A stretch of 64,000 nt of DNA from Promethearchaeota archaeon (lineage in GTDB: Archaea > Asgardarchaeota > Lokiarchaeia > Sigyniarchaeales > SOKP01): positions 722,355-786,354 of the forward strand of contig JAHPZA010000009.1 of assembly GCA_019058445.1 (NCBI GenBank), given 5' to 3'. The notes under the pieces were generated by a model. It did not search any database, was not told where the DNA came from, and saw only the letters and a program-made list of their open reading frames with translations. Both the position numbers and the translations under genes were made by a program. Shown here piece by piece: positions 57,100 through 64,000 of this stretch; the stretch's first letter is position 1; each line of letters opens with the position of its first letter.

Positions 57100-59019
57100 T
57101 TAAATTAATCTAAATTTTCTATTGAGATACAACATATAAGTCCCACTAATACTTAGACAAATCCCAAAAAACAATAGACTTGATGTGTAGAAAAATTCAC
57201 TAGTAATATGTCCTATGGTTATCCCTCTGAATGTTATTTGCTCAATTGAAATGAAATCTATTTCAAACAAAATTACTATATAAAATATAAAGAGGGAGGA
57301 TAGTATTTGCATGATTCCGATGATTATATTGGCATTATAAATCAATCTTGATTCTGTTTTATCTAATTCTATTATTTGGCCAACACCAATATCAATTGCC
57401 ACTCTTTCTCTATCCACTTTTTTAATTAAAAAATAAGCTACTTCTCTTAATGGAATTATGTCCAGAATGACTGTTGCAATTGTAAAGATACAAATAACAA
57501 TTAATATCCGTAATAACACTTGAGTAAAATACAGTTCATAGCCGGGGGAGGGGGAACTAAGTGTACTTAAATTATTTAATACCCAAATTAATATCCCTAT
57601 TACAATAATACATAATGCCTTTAATCCAGCTAAAGTTATTACTATGGAATAGCGATCTGTAATAGTTAATGAATAGTATAACACTGTTATAAGAAATAGA
57701 ATTGAGCCTAAAATGATTGCAGCTGGTTCCAAAACAAATGCTAAAATCAAACATGTAGTCCCAACGATTATTGGGAGATAGGGAAAAAAGGGAGCTTTGA
57801 AAGGTCGAGCCAATGACTTTCTTTTGCGCCTCAAATTGACCGCAGCAAAATTAACCGCAGCTAGTCCAATAAAATAGATAAACGTGGTAATCTCTGCAGT
57901 AAAACCAATACTAGTGTAAACTATTGCTAAAAATGTAAAAAGTATTGCAATGATAGTTGTAAGCAATAAGGCATACGTGGGCACAGTTTTCTTTTTATTT
58001 AATTCAGTAAATTTACTATGAACATAATTATCTCTCGCAAGTGCTTGTAATAGACTAGTTGCTGAACCTAAAGCTGCGTTCATAGCTATTAACGTCGATA
58101 TTAACATTGCAGCACCCATTAGGTAAAATCCTATAGGTCCTAAAATATCAAATAAAATCTCACCTAATAATACTGGGGATCCGATTAAATCTCCTCTTAA
58201 ATTTCCTAAATTAATTAAAACAACAAAGGTTATTGATAAATAAATTACCAATGTTAAGAGTATGGCCAAGATATTGACTCTTGGAATATTTTTTGAAGGA
58301 TTTTCTAAATCTACATTGAAATAGGCCAGATTTGATGTAATTGACGTAAATAATATGAATAAAAGTGCGAACATCTGAATTATTCCTAAAACACTCATTT
58401 GTGAATAAAGATAATCAGGATTATACCCAGAAGGATTAGTATTTGGAGAAATAAATAATCCTGAAATAATAAAAATTGAAAAAATGGTAATCAATGTGAT
58501 TGTTAATATAATTAACGTTCTAGTAGCAAATCTCTGAGTCCTAAAAAATACAATACTAGTTAGTACAACTGCCAAAATTGCAACTGGAATGATAAATGGT
58601 TCTAAAAATGGAAAGAAGATAATGATTATGATGGTAAATGCTTGAGCTGAAAAAGAACATGTAGCAATATTTGCTATAAATAGGAAAGTTCCAATAATAA
58701 ATGCAGAAAATCCACCAATACCTTCCTTACTAAAATTATACGCCCCCCCTGACAGAGGCAAACTGGTTGAGAGCTCAGAGTAATTAAGAGCGGTTAGAAA
58801 GATAAGTATCCCTCCAAGTAATAAACTAATTAAAACGCCAGGTCCCGCAACCTCGATCCCTATACCCAGTAGAACGAAAATTGAGCCTCCTATTCCACAA
58901 CCTATACCATATAGGATTCCTGCAGTAATTCCATATTTTTTTTCAGTTGGAGGTTCAATTTCATTCAAATTGTTAATCAGCTTAACACTAAATTTAAAAT
59001 TTAATTTTATTAGATCCAA
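57100..59019 (-). CDS. APC-superfamily amino acid/polyamine permease with extra C-terminal membrane domain
   Basis: The N-terminal 440 aa or so has an APC-like helix pattern (GIGGSIFVL ... SGGAYNFSKEG). About 200 further residues carry more hydrophobic helices. Confidence 0.65.
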   Translation of the reverse strand: MDLIKLNFKFSVKLINNLNEIEPPTEKKYGITAGILYGIGCGIGGSIFVLLGIGIEVAGPGVLISLLLGGILIFLTALNYSELSTSLPLSGGAYNFSKEGIGGFSAFIIGTFLFIANIATCSFSAQAFTIIIIIFFPFLEPFIIPVAILAVVLTSIVFFRTQRFATRTLIILTITLITIFSIFIISGLFISPNTNPSGYNPDYLYSQMSVLGIIQMFALLFILFTSITSNLAYFNVDLENPSKNIPRVNILAILLTLVIYLSITFVVLINLGNLRGDLIGSPVLLGEILFDILGPIGFYLMGAAMLISTLIAMNAALGSATSLLQALARDNYVHSKFTELNKKKTVPTYALLLTTIIAILFTFLAIVYTSIGFTAEITTFIYFIGLAAVNFAAVNLRRKRKSLARPFKAPFFPYLPIIVGTTCLILAFVLEPAAIILGSILFLITVLYYSLTITDRYSIVITLAGLKALCIIVIGILIWVLNNLSTLSSPSPGYELYFTQVLLRILIVICIFTIATVILDIIPLREVAYFLIKKVDRERVAIDIGVGQIIELDKTESRLIYNANIIIGIMQILSSLFIFYIVILFEIDFISIEQITFRGITIGHITSEFFYTSSLLFFGICLSISGTYMLYLNRKFRLI

Positions 59020-59042
59020 CTAACTTTAGAACTTCTAAAAAT

Positions 59043-60569
59043 TTAAGATTTTTCAAGGTGAAAAAAACCTGAAATAAGTGTTAAAGAAGCAGCAATGATC
59101 ATAAGGATAAAAATTGTTGGATTTTCAATGTCTCCCGCATTCAACAAGTTTAAAATGAACATTAATCCAATAATGATAAAGAAAAAACCAGCCGCAATTA
59201 GAATCCCGCCAAATAATTTAGATGCTCTATAGATAAAAGACAAAAATTCTAACCTATTAATCCTACTCTCTTTATCTCTAATTTCAGATTCAGTCTTTTC
59301 TAATTCAGCTTTTAACTTCTGGAAAATTGCCCGTGAATCAGTAATACTAGTTTCAATTACCTCTTTAGTTTTCACCAGTTTATCATATTCCGGTTGTAAA
59401 TGGTCTATTTTCTCAGTTAACGCAACTAAACGTTCTTCCCTCTCATTATATTCCCTCGTTGATTCATCAATTGCATTTTTTATGTCAGTTAATCTTTTTT
59501 CACTTACTTCAATCAAATCTTCTTTGCTCTGAATTTGTTCGTTCAGAGATTCTAACGTATCAGTTACCTCTTGTATTCTAGATTCTATACCAATCATTTG
59601 CTGTTGTTTGTCAGTCAATTGGACCTTATATTTCTCTAAAAGTTCTATATAGGTATCTTTTTGTTTTTCCATTTCAGGGAAGCCCTCATTATATTGCTCT
59701 TGTAATTCCTGAATTTCCTTTATTCTGGATTCTTTTTTTTCTACTTGTTCATTTAAAGTCTTAAGCTCATCCTCTTTTGCTAGAATTAAATTATCTGTAT
59801 GCTGATATTCAATTTTGTTTTTCTCTATTGATACTTTTAACGTATCGTTTTCAGTTCTAAGACTTTTTAATTTTTTTTCCAGCGCTTCAGTTTCTTCTCT
59901 CTGTTTTTCGAGTTTATTTTCTCGTTCCTCAATATCTTTATTGGTTTTAGATATTTTAGACCTTAAATCTTCTTGGGTTGCTACTTTTTCTTTAATCCCA
60001 TCAGTGAGCACAATTAAATCTACTTGTCTGTTCTCATAGGTTTTAACTAATTGTTCATTATTTTTTAGAAGCTCTTTATATTCCTCTTCTAAAGTTTCCT
60101 TACTTTCTTTTGTTATTTGGGCTTGTTCTTCTAATGTTTTAGTTTCTTCGACCTTACGATTGTAATCTTCCTCAAGTTTAGCTATCTTGTCTTCTAAAGC
60201 GGTTAAATATTCCTTTTTATCTGTAATTTTTTTTGAAATAGATTCAAATTGAGAATTTGCCTCTTCGATTTCTTTCCCTATTCTTTCAATAATCATTCGA
60301 TCGATTTCTTCTTCTTCGATATCTTCTTTTTTCTCCGCTTCTTTTTTAACTTCCTCAATTGTAGTTTCAAAAGTCCGCAACTTTTTGTCTATCATATCCC
60401 TAGAGTCTTTGGCTTTTGATAATAACTCTTTGTCTACCTTTTCACTTTCTTTATCTATCTTACTATTTTTTTCTTTCTCCGTTTTACTATTCTTCTCTTC
60501 TTGGTCGCCAGAAGCCATTTTATCGCTCTTATGAGTCATAATTTTATTATAAAATTGAGTTACATACAA
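59043..60569 (-). CDS. Long Glu/Lys-rich coiled-coil protein with C-terminal membrane anchor
   Basis: About 430 aa of heptad-like E/K/L-rich sequence, followed by two hydrophobic helices (FGGILIAAGFFFIIIGLMFIL, IFILMIIAASLTLISGFF). Confidence 0.6.
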   Translation of the reverse strand: MYVTQFYNKIMTHKSDKMASGDQEEKNSKTEKEKNSKIDKESEKVDKELLSKAKDSRDMIDKKLRTFETTIEEVKKEAEKKEDIEEEEIDRMIIERIGKEIEEANSQFESISKKITDKKEYLTALEDKIAKLEEDYNRKVEETKTLEEQAQITKESKETLEEEYKELLKNNEQLVKTYENRQVDLIVLTDGIKEKVATQEDLRSKISKTNKDIEERENKLEKQREETEALEKKLKSLRTENDTLKVSIEKNKIEYQHTDNLILAKEDELKTLNEQVEKKESRIKEIQELQEQYNEGFPEMEKQKDTYIELLEKYKVQLTDKQQQMIGIESRIQEVTDTLESLNEQIQSKEDLIEVSEKRLTDIKNAIDESTREYNEREERLVALTEKIDHLQPEYDKLVKTKEVIETSITDSRAIFQKLKAELEKTESEIRDKESRINRLEFLSFIYRASKLFGGILIAAGFFFIIIGLMFILNLLNAGDIENPTIFILMIIAASLTLISGFFHLEKS

Positions 60570-60830
60570 TTAGAATTTAGGATTTTAAAATTTAATTTTC
60601 ATTTATATATGAAATTGACTTGGGTTTTTTTGATCAAACAGACTTTTCTTTAAATAAATATTCATTTTATACAACCCAAAATAGAAAGCTCTAAATATAT
60701 AAACCCTTTCATCTTTATAAATCCATATTTTTTTCCGTTTTTTTCAAAGTACTAAAAGGTCTTTGAGGAATAAGTTTATATAGGAAAATTGTTTAATACA
60801 TCCCGATTAATTTTTTTTTACCCCTAAAAT

Positions 60831-60915
60831 GGGGTTTATGTTTCTCTTGACCGGATTGGGATATAACGCTATGGCTTGTATATTTGGATCGCGGGTGAAC
60901 AGAAACATTAACCCC
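60831..60915. ncRNA. Candidate structured RNA element, or short inverted-repeat element, in a long intergenic region
   Basis: GGGGTTTATGTTTCT (60831-60845) pairs with AGAAACATTAACCCC (60901-60915) at 14 of 15 positions, enclosing 55 nt that are visibly more GC-rich than the flanks. The inner pairing GGATATA/TATATTT needs 2 G-U pairs. Class and strand are unknown. Confidence 0.3.
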
Positions 60916-61148
60916 ACCTATAAAGAAATTTTTAATTTTTGGCAACAGATTTAACAAGATTTTTATCTAAAACAATTATAAATTTCTAAATTCTCCTTAA
61001 TTATAATCTATAATTAAAATTACAAGCAAGTCAATATCTCTGAAAAGTTAAACTATATATTAAATCATTTCCTAATTTTTATTTAATCATATTTATCTAT
61101 AAACAGTCATGAAAAACAATTTTAAAATGGATTTAAAGTTGAAATTTT

Positions 61149-64000
61149 ATGAACAAAAAAAAAATAAATAAACGATTACTAATAATATTTCTGATTTTAT
61201 TCCCTGCAGCTGTACTTTTTGGGTTTTTAACTGTCAATACTCGTGCTGAAGTATATGTCCCAGAAGAAAGTGAATATAATAATTGGCGTTGGGAAGTAGC
61301 TCAAAATGATATATTAGCATTTGAAGTGGAGCTTATCATGAAAGAAAATGATACGGGGGATCTGTTCCTACAACAAAAATATCTTGAAATTATGCAAATT
61401 GATGATATAGTTAATACGACCACTGATCTTATGGGGCCTTCAGAGGTATCTGATATAAGTGCTATACGTATGTTTTATAATTGCACCAGTAAAAAACCAG
61501 AGCAAATTCCAGATAGCGACCCCTTTGAAATTGCTATGTTCGGTTATAATGAAACTAATGCGCCACATGAAAGATATTTTACAGGAGAATTTATATTTGC
61601 TCCATTGGTTTTACCTCTTAATGGATCAACATTGGATTCGTCTTTAGTAGATATCCTTAATAAAACTTTCTTCTATAACGTATATAAGATGGGTTATATG
61701 AATAGTGTAGACGAAAGTGGATATGACGATGCTTATAGTCCGGGAATAGATAAAATTTGGTACCATAACACCTCATTAGATTACTATATGAATTTTACAT
61801 ATTTTGAGAATAATGGAACTCTTCAAACTGCTGCTATGGACTTCCTTATGTATTTTGATGAGGGTGAGGATGACGGCAGATGGATGATCGTAACGTATTT
61901 AGTACAAAGAGTTTTTGAGTATGATATTACTGATGAAGTCGAATGGGCAGTAGAGGAAGGAGACACTCTTTACTTTGGCATGGGTGCAGATGACGAAACT
62001 AGTGAATATAAAATCAATATTACTGATATTAGCTGTGAGAACGTTGAATTCCAGGTAATGGGAGAATGGACGCTTCAGCCTTTTCAAATAGTGTGGGGTG
62101 ATACTTCAAGTTGGAATGGTACTGGTTATGAGCCTGAGCAATATGATGTACCTCTCGGTATTGCAAATAATTTCTATCCAATACACCCATATGTTCTTGG
62201 CAGTGAGGATTTCATCCCTATACTTTATCCTAATAATACGGCATTTGAAGATTGGTCATTTGAATTTAATAATTTTACGGAAGAACATTGGGAATTTGGG
62301 GAAGTTCTTATTCACGATGATATAATTATAGAATTCCTAATTCCTGAGGAGGACATTCATGTTGCTCTTAATATCGATCAAGACACGGGAATTCTAAAGT
62401 TATTAACATATGAAGAAGAAGGGCTCTTAGAAATGGTCTTATTTAGAAAAAATGTAACAAAACTACTAGATGGAGTTAGATTTGATGGTCAGATCTATTC
62501 AGATCTTATTGGAAATAATAAAGTCTTTCTTAGTAATCTAACTCTGAGCGGTGATACAGAAATATACGGAGCAGTTTTACCAGTCAATTTCCTTGAACCC
62601 CAGTATGGTCCATTTATACAAGAAATTCCCGGCTTGGAATTATATATTGATACCTACTCCAATAATACTAATTTAATTTCTAATCCTAATATTACGATTC
62701 TCTATGACACACAAGTTTTACTTGATCTAGGAATTCCAGAAAGTGCATTAAAAGTATACCAATTCGATATGGAGGAACATATATGGGAGGAACATGTTGG
62801 TAACTATACAGTAATTAATGGGGAAGTTAATATAACTCATCTTGATTCCGCGTACCATACTATTGGAGTTGAGGAATCCTGGAATTGGAGCGATGATGTG
62901 TTTTCGGCAATTGATGATATATTAATTTATGAATCCTTAGGAAATTTGTATGGAAATATATCTGAATTTGGCGGTTTCGTAAACATACCTTACATAAATT
63001 TCGCGATTTTGAATATTACTAATGTAGGATTAGTAGATAGCTTTTATCAAGGGGATCCCCAAGAATTTAATCAAGTAAACGCAACATTAATGTATTATGA
63101 TCCTGTAGTTGATGACCTGGTAACATGGGAAGATGCCGGTGAATTCATATTAAGCGAATACTATTATAACCAGAGTCGAAAACCAGATCCAACTTTTTAC
63201 TTAAACCTAACTCAGAATATGCTCGGATTCCCGATAATTATTCCATTACGATGGGATCAATTAGCTCTTCCGACGATTGGGCGTGTTTTAAATGAGACAT
63301 TCTATAGTTCTCCATTGGCAAGAGAGTTAGGCTTTCCGATATGGGATGAGATTGAGGTAAATACACTGAAAAACATGATAACTTTTAATGATACGACTAG
63401 TGATTATTTCATGGAATTAACTTATTATGACAATGGTACCTTAAAAGATGCGGAGGTTGCCACAAAATTCACCATAGATGACCAAGGCATAGATTTTAAT
63501 TTAACTAGCACCAGGTTATTTGATTATAATACCACGGATGAAGTTGAGTGGGGTCTCGAGGTGGGAGAAAGTTATTATTTCGGTTCAAATTATCCCGAGG
63601 GTGGACCTACTTATGAACTGAATATCACTATAGTAAAACTCAATCAAAGTGCGGTATACTTAGCAGAACTTTTCGGTTTTGATGAAGAAGCCTTCATGTT
63701 TCAGACATGGCTCACATTCGAAAATGTTTGGGCAAAGATGGAAATTTGGAATGTAAGTGATGTGGGAAATGGAGTAAGCACTGGAGAATGGATCCCTTTA
63801 GATGTTAAGCAACCCATTTTTATTATCGCAGCCGCAAACAATTATTTTCCATTTGCTCCTGGCGATTATCTGGGATATCATGGGCTCAGTGGTTCTATGG
63901 TTCCTCTTTTATTACCTAAAGGAATAGACGGCAATGATATCTCGCAGGATTTCTTAGATTTTGTAGCGATAATGATCAGTAAGGAATATGGAGGAGAGGT
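61149..64000 (+). CDS. Very large secreted or cell-surface protein with signal peptide, many N-X-S/T sequons and about 1.6-kb internal repeats (3' end outside window)
   Basis: ATG 61149 opens a frame with no stop through 64000. It is missing from the ORF track because there is no stop in the window. The N-terminus MNKKKINKRLLIIFLILFPAAVLFGFLTVNTRAEV is signal-peptide-like. The track ORFs at 61459, 61899 and 62098 are off-frame shadows. Confidence 0.7.
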   Translation, partial: MNKKKINKRLLIIFLILFPAAVLFGFLTVNTRAEVYVPEESEYNNWRWEVAQNDILAFEVELIMKENDTGDLFLQQKYLEIMQIDDIVNTTTDLMGPSEVSDISAIRMFYNCTSKKPEQIPDSDPFEIAMFGYNETNAPHERYFTGEFIFAPLVLPLNGSTLDSSLVDILNKTFFYNVYKMGYMNSVDESGYDDAYSPGIDKIWYHNTSLDYYMNFTYFENNGTLQTAAMDFLMYFDEGEDDGRWMIVTYLVQRVFEYDITDEVEWAVEEGDTLYFGMGADDETSEYKINITDISCENVEFQVMGEWTLQPFQIVWGDTSSWNGTGYEPEQYDVPLGIANNFYPIHPYVLGSEDFIPILYPNNTAFEDWSFEFNNFTEEHWEFGEVLIHDDIIIEFLIPEEDIHVALNIDQDTGILKLLTYEEEGLLEMVLFRKNVTKLLDGVRFDGQIYSDLIGNNKVFLSNLTLSGDTEIYGAVLPVNFLEPQYGPFIQEIPGLELYIDTYSNNTNLISNPNITILYDTQVLLDLGIPESALKVYQFDMEEHIWEEHVGNYTVINGEVNITHLDSAYHTIGVEESWNWSDDVFSAIDDILIYESLGNLYGNISEFGGFVNIPYINFAILNITNVGLVDSFYQGDPQEFNQVNATLMYYDPVVDDLVTWEDAGEFILSEYYYNQSRKPDPTFYLNLTQNMLGFPIIIPLRWDQLALPTIGRVLNETFYSSPLARELGFPIWDEIEVNTLKNMITFNDTTSDYFMELTYYDNGTLKDAEVATKFTIDDQGIDFNLTSTRLFDYNTTDEVEWGLEVGESYYFGSNYPEGGPTYELNITIVKLNQSAVYLAELFGFDEEAFMFQTWLTFENVWAKMEIWNVSDVGNGVSTGEWIPLDVKQPIFIIAAANNYFPFAPGDYLGYHGLSGSMVPLLLPKGIDGNDISQDFLDFVAIMISKEYGGE

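Noticed and set aside
60821-60920. tRNA gene in the GC-rich intergenic island
   Set aside because: The closing stem is 15 bp, whereas a tRNA acceptor stem is 7 bp. There is no GTTCRANYC-like T-loop or cloverleaf on either strand, and the length and arm spacing do not fit.
61459-62325. Track ORFs 61459-61647 (+), 61899-62087 (-) and 62098-62325 (+)
   Set aside because: All are off-frame or antisense shadows within the stop-free ORF of at least 950 codons that starts at 61149 and has a signal peptide and internal repeats.
1-64000. Mobile genetic element or genomic island boundaries (integrase, transposase, terminal repeats, tRNA attachment site)
   Set aside because: No integrase or transposase-like ORF, long terminal repeat or tRNA gene was seen. 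Composition looks uniform by eye, and housekeeping genes are interspersed throughout.

Overview
This is a strongly AT-rich, gene-dense chromosomal segment with about 60 CDS on both strands. It looks archaeal: an Sm-like gene sits directly upstream of ribosomal protein L37e, and there are a tRNA-splicing endonuclease (EndA) homolog, SepCysS and a PIN/P-loop COG1855-type ATPase. GGAGG/GGTGA-type ribosome-binding motifs occur inside operons. A ubiquitin-like gene, a Roadblock/LC7 gene abutting an E1-like gene, and a very large secreted protein rich in N-glycosylation sequons suggest an Asgard (Lokiarchaeia-like) origin, but that is inference only. I saw no rRNA, tRNA, CRISPR array, transposase or integrase.

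The content falls into these groups:
- An ArsR-family mini-regulon with a recognisable operator.
- A signal-transduction island: an RHH-DHp-REC protein, two tandem MCP-like genes and a multi-PAS histidine kinase.
- An acyl-CoA block: a DUF35-thiolase-thiolase-DUF35 operon, a 2-hydroxyacyl-CoA dehydratase-like pair and a third thiolase.
- Housekeeping genes: Sm, L37e, NadA, SepCysS, EndA.
- Redox flavoproteins and several transporters.
- A duplicated sirtuin locus, one copy split by a palindromic insertion, lying divergent to a SWIM-TIR protein.
- A coiled-coil membrane protein.
- Two open-ended ORFs missing from the supplied ORF track: 2-619, and 61149 to the window end.

The observations I rate highest are these:
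- The ubiquitin-like gene has its N-terminal strand in a different frame from the nearest ATG, and it ends in GG plus one residue.
- The SWIM-TIR protein sits next to the duplicated and split sirtuins.
- The 2+2 thiolase-like/DUF35 operon has one subunit lacking the nucleophile cysteine.
- The RHH-DHp-REC protein has no ATPase domain.
- The EndA homolog lacks the catalytic Tyr and His.

All functional calls come from reading motifs by eye. No database search was possible.
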